A stretch of DNA of 60,101 bases from Candidatus Onthousia faecigallinarum (GTDB taxonomy: Bacteria; Bacillota_I; Bacilli_A; RF39; UBA660). The DNA lies in the NCBI GenBank assembly GCA_018716225.1, contig DVKE01000042.1:1-60101 (forward strand), given 5' to 3'. Within the stretch, counting starts at the first letter, position 1. Every line of letters begins with the position of its first letter. This document shows positions 46,996 through 55,903 of this stretch, in pieces. Made by a program: the position numbers and the translations under genes. Under the pieces are notes generated by a model. That model ran no database searches. It had not been told where the DNA came from and was given only the letters and a program-made list of their open reading frames with translations.

Positions 46996-49308
46996 ATGAA
47001 TGGACAAGGGCAAAATAGGGGGAATAACAATTTTAATAATGGAAGACAAAATATTCCTAATGCAAATGGCAATGTTGTTCCTTCGCAAAGTGTTCCGCAG
47101 TCTCAAGTTTCTTCTGTGCCACAAAGAAAAGATCAAGGTCCTCAGACAAGTAGTCATGTAGGATCTTTTACGGATAGTTTAAAAAAAAGTCGTTCTCCTT
47201 TTTCTTCTAGTGATGGTGGAAATCAAATGAGTCGATCGGGAGCTTTACGTGCTGGAGATCCGTTGGCTAAGGCTGGACTTTCTCGATCGGGAAATAAAGA
47301 AGATGGACAGATGCTTCGTAATATTCGCCAAAAAAATGCAATGCAGCAGACGCCAAGAGGGGCTAGGAATCAAAATCAAGGAGATAACAATACTGAGGAA
47401 GAAACAAATAAGAGTGAAAGAGCGCATCCTCGAATTGGAGACGGTTTTCCTAAGCCCAATTTGCTTGGCTCAGAACCTGAGGAAGAAGAAAGTGATGGAG
47501 AAGGCGAGGAAGAAAGTAGTGGCTTCGCTGGTGGAATTTTTTCTAGACGGAGAAGAAGAGATGGATTTAACCTTATAGGTAGGGCCTTTGGCAAAATCTC
47601 TTTGCCTGTTAAAATTGGAATTGTCGTAGCAGCTTGTCTTGTCGTGGTTGTCGCTACTATAGCAGCTTTAATTCCTACGGTTTTTTCAAATAGTCATGGT
47701 GTTTCACAAACCGCTACCAATCTTTTAACTTCGGATGAAGAAGTTACTTTTTCGAGTGCTGAGGAAGAATCTTTTTATACTCGACTTCAACAAGTTTCTA
47801 GTGAATATAGTGGGGATAATCGAGTTTTAGTTGGACAAGCGATCGCTGCTGTTTTTACAATTACTTCAGCGGATCAGGCGACGGATTATGATTATGAAGA
47901 TATGACCGAAGAAGTTATGCGTAATATTGCTTCGATGATGTTTCCTGATGGAAGTACTACTTATGATGAAGCATATTTTCAACAGCAACTTGCTAGTAAT
48001 TTTTTCCCTAATGTTATGCCGGGGGAAAGTGAAGAGTATTATCAACAGTTAGCAGAAGAAGTTACGACCTATTTGACTGATTATCGAGATATGATTACTG
48101 ATGATGATGCTTCTGTAGCAGTTTCTACTGGTGGAAGTTGTACTTATAATGTGGGAGGTCTTGCTTTATCCAATGTGAAGGTTCGACTTATGCAATCTGG
48201 TGTTGTGGTTGGTCATGATTTAGGTGGAACTTATGGAGAGCCGATTGCTGGAGAAGAGCTTGTTGACTTTGAAAAGTATGTTTTAGGAGTTGCCTATGCG
48301 GAAATTGGTCCCGTTAGTAATGAACAAGCTTTTAAGTCTCAATTATTGATGGCTCGATCTTTTGCCCTTGCACGTTTTGGTCCCGATGCTTATCAAGAAA
48401 ATGGGGCTTGGATTTTAGAGATTCCCAATAGTGTAGCGGCTCAAGTATATTGTGATCCGGATCAAGGTTGTAGTAAAGATGTTCCAGCGAACAATCAATG
48501 GGGTATGGTTTATAGTGGAGCGAATTCTCATGCTTATACTTACAAAGATGCTATGGCACAAGATGATATTCATCGTACTTGGGCTGATGAAGTAGCTGGT
48601 CAGGTTATTGTGGATGATAGTGGAAATGTCGTACTTGCTACTTATGGATCTTCTACTAATGTGGAAGGGCTTGCTAATTCGTTAGGGGATTATGTTGATG
48701 TATTAGTACATATTTATGGAAGTATTACGATTGAGAGTATGAACTGTACTTCTTCTAGCAATGCAACTTATGCAAGCTGGAAACAAAATGATCCTACTTG
48801 GTCAGGAATTGTTCTAGGAGGAGGAAGCGATAGCACGCGCTCTTTAGGTAATATAGGTTGTCTTGCTACTAGTATTTCAATGTTAATTATGAAGAGTGGG
48901 GCTTTAAATATGACTCCTACGCCAACCTTAGTAAATTCTAGTAACTTTAATCCCGGAACTTTTGTTCAAGCGATGAATCAAGTTGGGGGTTTTGATTCTG
49001 GTGGTAATTTAATATGGAGTGCTGTTAATCAAGTTGTTCCTGCTTTTCGAGTAGGTTCTGATGTTCGTTTAAGTGGTCTTAGTCAACAAGAAAAATTAGA
49101 AACGATACGTAATTATGCTGGTGTTAGTGGAAATTATTGTACTATTGAAGTAAAAGGAGCAACTCAAGGCGCACAACACTGGGTAGCGATTGATAATGTA
49201 ACGGGAAATAGCATTACGATGATGGATCCTGCTAGTGAAAGCACGGATGCATGGGCTACTTATAACTGGTATGATACTTCAAGAATTGTTTGCTTTACCA
49301 CAAATTAA
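46996..49308 (+). CDS. Bifunctional cell-wall hydrolase (VirB1 functional analogue): disordered N-region, TM, SpoIID-like domain, C-terminal papain-like cysteine peptidase domain
   Basis: YVLGVAYAEIGPVSNEQAFKSQLLMARSFALARF is SpoIID/LytB-like. NDPTWSG...LGNIGCLATSISMLIM...QHWVAID is a Cys/His peptidase (C39-like/CHAP-like). Confidence 0.65.
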   Translation: MNGQGQNRGNNNFNNGRQNIPNANGNVVPSQSVPQSQVSSVPQRKDQGPQTSSHVGSFTDSLKKSRSPFSSSDGGNQMSRSGALRAGDPLAKAGLSRSGNKEDGQMLRNIRQKNAMQQTPRGARNQNQGDNNTEEETNKSERAHPRIGDGFPKPNLLGSEPEEEESDGEGEEESSGFAGGIFSRRRRRDGFNLIGRAFGKISLPVKIGIVVAACLVVVVATIAALIPTVFSNSHGVSQTATNLLTSDEEVTFSSAEEESFYTRLQQVSSEYSGDNRVLVGQAIAAVFTITSADQATDYDYEDMTEEVMRNIASMMFPDGSTTYDEAYFQQQLASNFFPNVMPGESEEYYQQLAEEVTTYLTDYRDMITDDDASVAVSTGGSCTYNVGGLALSNVKVRLMQSGVVVGHDLGGTYGEPIAGEELVDFEKYVLGVAYAEIGPVSNEQAFKSQLLMARSFALARFGPDAYQENGAWILEIPNSVAAQVYCDPDQGCSKDVPANNQWGMVYSGANSHAYTYKDAMAQDDIHRTWADEVAGQVIVDDSGNVVLATYGSSTNVEGLANSLGDYVDVLVHIYGSITIESMNCTSSSNATYASWKQNDPTWSGIVLGGGSDSTRSLGNIGCLATSISMLIMKSGALNMTPTPTLVNSSNFNPGTFVQAMNQVGGFDSGGNLIWSAVNQVVPAFRVGSDVRLSGLSQQEKLETIRNYAGVSGNYCTIEVKGATQGAQHWVAIDNVTGNSITMMDPASESTDAWATYNWYDTSRIVCFTTN

Positions 49309-49319
49309 AGGAGAGAAAA

Positions 49320-50114
49320 ATGGATAGAAGAAAAAAACTTTATATAACTATATTTGTATTGTTAGGTATTTATTTTGTCGTTATGTTTATTTTTGTGATT
49401 TATCCTGCTATGAAAGATGGAAAAAGAGAAACTTATGTCATTGTGAATAATGATGCAAAATGGAAATACGAAGATCGTAAATGGCAGGATATTTCCATAG
49501 GAGAGAAAAAACTTTATAATTGGCAAAAATTTGATATTTATCAAAATCAAAAAGAACTTGGCAACTATTTTCTTCTTGATAGTAATGGTTGGCATATCTA
49601 TGATGATGAGCGCAATCCAGTAAAAAAAGATGGGGTTTCTTTGTTTGCAATTCGTAGTAATCAAGATTATGAGTTTGCTTTTTATGATACTGTAGATGTA
49701 GATCAAGAAAATATTGGTTATGTAGAAGAGGTTTTAAATGAACATAATATTACGACTCGTGATTTTACGGTTTGTGAGATGTTCTCGTATGATTTGGATC
49801 AAGATGGAGAAGAGGAAAAAGTATTTACGGTATCTAATATGTTTATTACCGAATATACCACAGTACCAAGAAATATTTTTAACTTTATTTTTGTCGTAGA
49901 TAGTGGTAAAATAATACCAGTTTTAGAAGAAGTGGATACTTATGACAAGATGTATCATCATTGTAGTGCTTCGGTTGCTTATGTTGTTGATCTCGATGGC
50001 AATGGTACTTTTGAATTAATTACGAGTTGTAGTTATTATAGTAATCAAGGTACTTGTATCGAACTATATGAGAAGGTGCATGGGAAGTATGAGAAAGTAA
50101 AATCTTGTGAATAA
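49320..50114 (+). CDS. Membrane-anchored protein of unknown function with DxDxDG-type motifs
   Basis: N-terminal TM, then YDLDQDGEEEKVF and VVDLDGNGTFELI (FG-GAP/calcium-binding-like). It occupies the slot where monoderm T4SS loci often encode VirB8-like proteins. Confidence 0.45.
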   Translation: MDRRKKLYITIFVLLGIYFVVMFIFVIYPAMKDGKRETYVIVNNDAKWKYEDRKWQDISIGEKKLYNWQKFDIYQNQKELGNYFLLDSNGWHIYDDERNPVKKDGVSLFAIRSNQDYEFAFYDTVDVDQENIGYVEEVLNEHNITTRDFTVCEMFSYDLDQDGEEEKVFTVSNMFITEYTTVPRNIFNFIFVVDSGKIIPVLEEVDTYDKMYHHCSASVAYVVDLDGNGTFELITSCSYYSNQGTCIELYEKVHGKYEKVKSCE

Positions 50115-50134
50115 GAATAGATCCATGTTATAAT
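50105..50134 (+). promoter_or_regulatory. Putative promoter ahead of the coupling-protein gene
   Basis: TTGTGA, 18 nt, then an extended -10 TGtTATAAT (50126-50134). Confidence 0.4.
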
Positions 50135-50157
50135 GTTTTTTGAAAGAGGGACTTGTC

Positions 50158-52302
50158 ATGAAATTAAAATTTAGAGCAGATAAAGAAGATATCATGATAT
50201 TTGTAGTTTTTGCTATTTTTCTTTTATATGTTGTAGCGATTGCGGTGGTTAATTTACATAGTTTTGCTACAACAGGGAGTTTGAGCGGTTTAAATCCGTT
50301 TCCTGCTTTTGCACCTGATTTTATTGGTTTTACTTTAGTCATTTATTTAGGATCTTTGTTTGGTTTATTTGTTAGTGTGAAATCCTACTTTTTTGAAATG
50401 GAAAAGGGATTTGGCATTACAACGGAAAAAAAAGACAAAGGGTATTCTCGATGGGCAAAAGATAAAGAAATAAAAGCGGAACTTAAAATGGTCCCAATTC
50501 AAGCGCCTACCGCAGAGGCTGGGGGAATTCCTTTAATTTTAAATGAGCATGAAGCATGGGTTGATGATGGAGAATATCATACGATTGTTATTGGTGCGAC
50601 TGGTTCTGGTAAAACACAAACCGTCATTAAACCAACGGCTAAGTTACTGGCTAAAAATGGGGAATCGATGATTATTACCGATCCGAAAGGTGAAATTTAT
50701 GAAAGCACGGCGAATATGTTGCGGGCGAAAGGTTATAATGTTTTGGTTTTGAACTTCCGTAATCCGCAAAAGGGAAGTGGTTGGAATCCTTTATCTCTTC
50801 CTTATCACATGTATAAAGAAGGAAATCAAGATAAGGCGATTGAGTTACTCGATGATTTGGCGTTAAACATTTTATACGATTCTTCGAATGCGAATGCCGA
50901 TCCTTTCTGGGAGAAGACTTCTGCTGACTATTTTTCTGGAGTCGTGTTAGGTTTATTTGAAGATGCCAAAGAAGATGAGATTAACCTTAATAGTGTTAGT
51001 TTAGTAACAACGGTTGGCGAAGAAAAATTTGGTGGTTCTACTTATATCAAAGAATATTTTGATGCGAAAGATCCAGCGAGTGCGGCGGCGATTAATGCTT
51101 CGGGTACCATTTCGGCTCCGACGGAAACCAAGGGTTCTATCTTATCTGTTTTCCGGCAAAAGATAAAACTATTTTCTTCTCGTGATAATTTATCCGAAAT
51201 GTTAAGTCATAGTGATGTGGACCTTGCTGATATTGGACGAAGAAAGACAGCATTATTTATTGTTATTCAAGATGAAAAAACAACCTATCATCCTTTGGTT
51301 ACGATTTTGTTGAAACAATGTTATGAGACCTTAATTGATGTAGCCCAAGATAATGGAGGAGCTCTTCCCGTTCGAACGAATTTTTTGTTGGATGAGTTTG
51401 CGAATATGCCGAAGTTAAAAGATATGACAACGATGATTACGGCAGCGCGTAGTCGTCATATGCGTTTTACGATGATTATTCAAAACTATGCTCAATTGAA
51501 TCAAGTGTATGGTAAAGAAGAGGCTGAGACTATCCGTGGTAACTGTGGTAATATTATTTACTTAATTTCTGCAGAATTAGCTGCTTTGGAAGAAATTTCT
51601 AAAATGTGTGGAGAAGTGAAAAGTAAAAAAGATGATAAAACTGCTAGTACCCCTTTGGTTACGGTTTCTGATTTGCAACGTATGAAAGAAAATGATTGTA
51701 TTATTTTACGATTACGGCAACAACCATTTAAAACGAAACGAACTCCAGATTGGAAAATAGATTGGGGAGAAGAGTATCCAAAAGCAGAATTTGTAGAACG
51801 TGAAAAACGGGAAGTTCATACTTTTGATATTAAAACCTTTGTCAAAGAGCAGAAGAAAAAGAAGTTAATTGAAATGATGAATTCTGCTCCTGAGGTGGAT
51901 AAAAATCCTTCGGTGCCAAGTGGTTTTGGATCTTTTCCTGGTATGTCAAATCCAACGCCATTTACGCCACCTAATTTATTCCAGAATTCACCTATGAATC
52001 CGGTGGGTAGAGAGGAAAAACCAAGGATGAATCCAGCGTTAGAGCCAAAAAAACAACAACCAACGCCATCTCCATCTTTCGATGTGGATGAGTTAGTAAA
52101 GAAAATTGATGCGAAAATTGCTGAATTAGAAGCGGAAGAAGCAAGAGAGAAAGCGGAAGAGGAAAAAAGAAAGAAAGAAGAGAAGAAAGAGCCACCTTTT
52201 GCTGTCTCTTCTATTCCAACGGTAGAACAAAAATCATCTCCTTCTTTGACTTTGGATGATGATGACGATGATGATTTCTTCGATGATTTTTTTGATGAAT
52301 AG
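50158..52302 (+). CDS. VirD4/TraG-type type IV coupling protein with a Pro-rich linker and poly-Asp/Phe C-terminal tail
   Basis: Two N-terminal TMs, Walker A IGATGSGKTQT, Walker B FLLDEFANMP, and the tail LTLDDDDDDDFFDDFFDE. Confidence 0.85.
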   Translation: MKLKFRADKEDIMIFVVFAIFLLYVVAIAVVNLHSFATTGSLSGLNPFPAFAPDFIGFTLVIYLGSLFGLFVSVKSYFFEMEKGFGITTEKKDKGYSRWAKDKEIKAELKMVPIQAPTAEAGGIPLILNEHEAWVDDGEYHTIVIGATGSGKTQTVIKPTAKLLAKNGESMIITDPKGEIYESTANMLRAKGYNVLVLNFRNPQKGSGWNPLSLPYHMYKEGNQDKAIELLDDLALNILYDSSNANADPFWEKTSADYFSGVVLGLFEDAKEDEINLNSVSLVTTVGEEKFGGSTYIKEYFDAKDPASAAAINASGTISAPTETKGSILSVFRQKIKLFSSRDNLSEMLSHSDVDLADIGRRKTALFIVIQDEKTTYHPLVTILLKQCYETLIDVAQDNGGALPVRTNFLLDEFANMPKLKDMTTMITAARSRHMRFTMIIQNYAQLNQVYGKEEAETIRGNCGNIIYLISAELAALEEISKMCGEVKSKKDDKTASTPLVTVSDLQRMKENDCIILRLRQQPFKTKRTPDWKIDWGEEYPKAEFVEREKREVHTFDIKTFVKEQKKKKLIEMMNSAPEVDKNPSVPSGFGSFPGMSNPTPFTPPNLFQNSPMNPVGREEKPRMNPALEPKKQQPTPSPSFDVDELVKKIDAKIAELEAEEAREKAEEEKRKKEEKKEPPFAVSSIPTVEQKSSPSLTLDDDDDDDFFDDFFDE

Positions 52303-52399
52303 TTAATTCTTGACGAATGTTTTCTCTAATGTTAAGCTTAGAATAAAGAGAGTAAAGGGAATGAAATGTTTTTGATTCCAATTGATTGAGGTGGATTAT

Positions 52400-53665
52400 A
52401 TGAATGAAGAAAAAGATAAGGCGGTAGAGCCTAAAAAGGAAGAAACAACGAATACAACCAATGTAAATCAGGCTCAAGTAGAAAATAAGGGGAAGGCTAT
52501 TCTTTCTTCTAGTTTTCGTAATGCTTTCAAAAGTAGTTCTTCTAGCTCTTCTAGTCATTCCTTGCGAAAGAAGTTATTTCTCTTGGCTGGGGTGATCGTA
52601 GGAGTGGTTGTCATTTTATTAATTGTAATGGCCATTCTAAGTTCTCTTCGAGGGAAAAATCTTAGTTATGATGAGTTGGAAACTCAATTAAAAAATGCAG
52701 CCATAAAATTTTATCAAGTGCAGGATTCTCTTCTTCCCCAACAAGATGGAGAGACTTCGGAAGTGGATGCTGATACCTTAGCAAGTGATGAATATAAGTT
52801 TATGAAACCTTTGAGTGAGTTACATCCTGGAGAAGAGTGTACGGGACGTGTGGTAGTAGAAAAAGTAGGCGAGGAATATGTCTATACCCCTTATCTTACT
52901 TGTGGTGAGAATTATTCTTCCAGAGAGCTTTATCAAGCGGTATTAGAAACGGGCATTGATTCCAAAGGGAATGGTCTTTATGAAATGAATGGAGAGCATG
53001 TATTCCGGGGCGAATATGTCAATAATTATGTTCAGTTAGATCAAGCGGTTTATCGTATTGTTAAAGTAATGAATGATAATAAAATGTTATTGATTTTAGG
53101 GGGTACCGATACAAGTACATTCTCGGTTGATTGGGATAACCGTTATAACTCAGAGCGTAGATATGATAGTGGTATCAATAATTATCGATTGAGTCGAATG
53201 GCAGATTATTTGAAAACATTATATCAGACAGGATATGAAGATAATATCATTTTAAGTGATAATGATAAAGAAAAATTAGTACCATTTAATCTTTGTCTTG
53301 GAAAAAGAGGAGAAGCGGATACAGACAATACCAATACCATTGAATGTAGTGATGTGTTAGCAGATCAGATGATTGGCTTATTGACGGTAAGTGATTATAT
53401 TAATGCTTCTTTGGATAGTAATTGTCAAAAGTCTGGTGATCAAGCTTGTAAGAATTATAATTACTTGGTTACTGATAAAGCTTGGTGGTTAATTACGGCT
53501 TCCTCTCTTAATACGTCAGAAGTATTTTTTGTCAATCAATCTGGTTATGTAGATTCTTCGATCGCTAGTAATTATCGACGCATGAGACCAGTTGTTATGT
53601 TGAATAGTAGTGTCATGGTACGTTCGGGAACTGGTACAATCAGTGATCCTTATATTTTAAAATAG
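52400..53665 (+). CDS. Membrane-anchored surface protein, paralog of 29126-30940
   Basis: Shares NNYVQLDQAVYRIVKV / NNYVSFQHMLFRIVRK, IGLLTVSDYINASL / VGILSLQDYNASLL, and RPVVMLNSS...GTGTISDPYILK / RPAIVLKKD...GDGSQLDPYILV. Confidence 0.55.
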   Translation: MNEEKDKAVEPKKEETTNTTNVNQAQVENKGKAILSSSFRNAFKSSSSSSSSHSLRKKLFLLAGVIVGVVVILLIVMAILSSLRGKNLSYDELETQLKNAAIKFYQVQDSLLPQQDGETSEVDADTLASDEYKFMKPLSELHPGEECTGRVVVEKVGEEYVYTPYLTCGENYSSRELYQAVLETGIDSKGNGLYEMNGEHVFRGEYVNNYVQLDQAVYRIVKVMNDNKMLLILGGTDTSTFSVDWDNRYNSERRYDSGINNYRLSRMADYLKTLYQTGYEDNIILSDNDKEKLVPFNLCLGKRGEADTDNTNTIECSDVLADQMIGLLTVSDYINASLDSNCQKSGDQACKNYNYLVTDKAWWLITASSLNTSEVFFVNQSGYVDSSIASNYRRMRPVVMLNSSVMVRSGTGTISDPYILK

Positions 53666-53691
53666 AACTAGGGTATAGTTCTTTTTTTTTG
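53664..53691 (+). terminator. Rho-independent terminator closing the island
   Basis: GAACTA/TAGTTC stem with a 5-nt loop, followed by T9. Confidence 0.65.
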
Positions 53692-53717
53692 TTGCATAAT
53701 AAGAAGGGTGATTTCAA

Positions 53718-54161
53718 ATGGAAAAAAAGAGATATGAAAAATTAGTAGTGCAATACACACCTAAAGTACCTTGGGTAAAAAATGCGATTGTGGCTTTTCT
53801 AGTGGGGGGGGCGATTGGTTTATTAGGAGAAATTTTATTACGTTTTTATGTTCAAGCCTTGGAAGTTTCACGAGCAGATGCTTCGGTTTATATGATCGTT
53901 ACATTAATCTTTTTTGCTTCTTTATTCACGGCTCTTGGTTTCTTTGATAAGCTCGTTTCGAAAGCCAAATGTGGTTTGATTATTCCCATTACGGGTTTTG
54001 CCCATTCCATGACGAGTGCAGCCATTGATTATAAAAAAGAGGGCCCTATCTATGGGGTTGGGAGCAATATCTTTAAGTTGGCCGGATCAGTCATTTTATA
54101 TGGAGTGGTAGCAGCTTGGTTTTTTGGCCTTATTCGTTATTTGATTGAGGTGGGCTTATGA
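53718..54161 (+). CDS. spoVAC: Stage V sporulation protein AC
   Basis: 147 aa with 4 TM, the ITGFAHSM motif, and a position followed by spoVAD/AEB. Confidence 0.8.
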   Translation: MEKKRYEKLVVQYTPKVPWVKNAIVAFLVGGAIGLLGEILLRFYVQALEVSRADASVYMIVTLIFFASLFTALGFFDKLVSKAKCGLIIPITGFAHSMTSAAIDYKKEGPIYGVGSNIFKLAGSVILYGVVAAWFFGLIRYLIEVGL

Positions 54162-55156
54162 TTCTACACTTTCATAATGTCTATGTGGGAGGTACTAGTA
54201 CGATAGCAGGACCTTATGAAGCGAAAGGGCCTTTACGAACGACTTTTGATAAGAAATATCAAAAAGATTTATATTGTGGGGAGAAAAGTTTTGAACAGGC
54301 AGAAGTGAAATTGTTAGAAGACAGTTTAAAAATTTTATTAAAAAAGTTAAAAAAAGAACCAAGGGATATTGATTTGGTTATTTCAGGGGACTTATTAAAT
54401 CAAATTACTTCTTCTACCTATTCTGCTTTGCAATTACATAGTCCTTTCTTAGGAATTTATACCGCTTGTGCGACGAGTGTGGAAGGCATTTTGATCGGTA
54501 GTACTTTTATTGATGCTAAGAAGATTCATACTTGTATTGCAGCCACTTCTTCCCATAATATGTCTAGTGAGAAACAGTTTCGAAATCCTACGGAGTATGG
54601 GGCACCGAAACCAGCGACGGCGACTTTTACGGCAACGGGAGGAGCTTCCATTTTCTTGACCGATCAAAAAAGTAAGGTAAAAGTTGTCAATGGCATGATT
54701 GGAACGATGATCAATTATGATCAGAAAGATCCTTTTCATATGGGAGCAGTCATGGCTCCGGCGGCAGCGGATACTCTTTCTAAGTATTTTCGAGATACAA
54801 AGACAAAACCAGAGGATTATGATTTAATTTTGACAGGGGATCTAGGCCTTTATGGCAAAGAAATTTTAAGAGATTTAATGCGAATTGATCATCAGATTAT
54901 CTTAGGGGATAATTATAATGATTGTGGTGTGATGTTATATGATTTAAAAAAACAAAAAGAAGTGAATGCGGGAGGATCGGGTCCTGTTTGTAGTGCTTTG
55001 GTGAATTATGGAATGATTATGAAAAAGTTAAATGAGGGAACGTATCATAGAGTCTTACTCATCGCGACTGGAGCTTTGTTTAGTCCTACTTTTGTCTATC
55101 AGAAAAAGCCAATTTTATCCATTGCAAATCTTGTATGTTTGGAGGCGACAGAATGA
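54158..55156 (+). CDS. spoVAD: Stage V sporulation protein AD (thiolase-like)
   Basis: 332 aa with a thiolase-like fold pattern (GIYTACATSVEG). Overlapping starts and stops within the spoVA operon. Confidence 0.8.
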   Translation: MILHFHNVYVGGTSTIAGPYEAKGPLRTTFDKKYQKDLYCGEKSFEQAEVKLLEDSLKILLKKLKKEPRDIDLVISGDLLNQITSSTYSALQLHSPFLGIYTACATSVEGILIGSTFIDAKKIHTCIAATSSHNMSSEKQFRNPTEYGAPKPATATFTATGGASIFLTDQKSKVKVVNGMIGTMINYDQKDPFHMGAVMAPAAADTLSKYFRDTKTKPEDYDLILTGDLGLYGKEILRDLMRIDHQIILGDNYNDCGVMLYDLKKQKEVNAGGSGPVCSALVNYGMIMKKLNEGTYHRVLLIATGALFSPTFVYQKKPILSIANLVCLEATE

Positions 55157-55506
55157 ACTATTTGATTAATTCTTTTCTTTTTTGTGGAGTTGTTTGTTTG
55201 ATTGCTCAGTTTATTTTAGATCACACCAAATTAACTCCTGGGCATATTACCAGTCTTTTTGTCGTCTGTGGAGCGGCCCTAGATTCGTTTGGAATCTATG
55301 ACTTTTTTATTGCTAAATGTGGGGGAGGAGCAATGGTTCCCATTACTTCTTTTGGGCATTCTTTGATTCATGGGGCCTTAAATTCGGCTGAAGTAAATGG
55401 CTTTTTAGGTCTTTTAATGGGGATGTTTGATTTGACTGCTTCCGGTATTACCGCGGCCATTATCTTTTCTTTTGTCTTTACTTTGTTTTTTAAAGCAAAA
55501 GATTAA
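55153..55506 (+). CDS. spoVAEB: Stage V sporulation protein AE (AEB)
   Basis: About 117 aa, polytopic, with the ITSFGHSL motif paralogous to SpoVAC. The ATG at 55153 is preferred. Confidence 0.75.
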   Translation: MNYLINSFLFCGVVCLIAQFILDHTKLTPGHITSLFVVCGAALDSFGIYDFFIAKCGGGAMVPITSFGHSLIHGALNSAEVNGFLGLLMGMFDLTASGITAAIIFSFVFTLFFKAKD

Positions 55507-55847
55507 AAAGCTCCTTTTGATATTTCAATAATTTGATTCATATCATCGTCTTTGGCGATGATATTTTTATGGTACTTTTGACATTTTTTACATTGATAAA
55601 TAATTTTGTAAGTGTCTTTAAATTTTTCAATTCCAATTGGTTTTAGCAGGCCTTGACAAGGATTCCTGCGATCTCCTGGATTGATATCAACATGTTTGGA
55701 ATAAAGACAATAGGGGCAGTGGTCTCTTGCGGTGTAGTTGAGTGGTTCTACTTTCTTTTTACAATGTTTACAAACAAACCCTTCATCCATCATATTAAAT
55801 CGTTTCATAGGATCCCTCTTTTCCATTTTATCATAACGGAATTTCAT
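55503..55847 (-). CDS. RNHCP domain-containing zinc-ribbon protein
   Basis: CKHCKK...ARDHCPYCLYSKHVDINPGDRRNPCQG matches the RNHCP domain pattern. Confidence 0.7.
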   Translation of the reverse strand: MKFRYDKMEKRDPMKRFNMMDEGFVCKHCKKKVEPLNYTARDHCPYCLYSKHVDINPGDRRNPCQGLLKPIGIEKFKDTYKIIYQCKKCQKYHKNIIAKDDDMNQIIEISKGAF

Positions 55848-55903
55848 TGAAAAAACAAGGAAATATTGTTATAATGACTTAAGAGTAGTGAGGAGGTGTA
55901 AAG

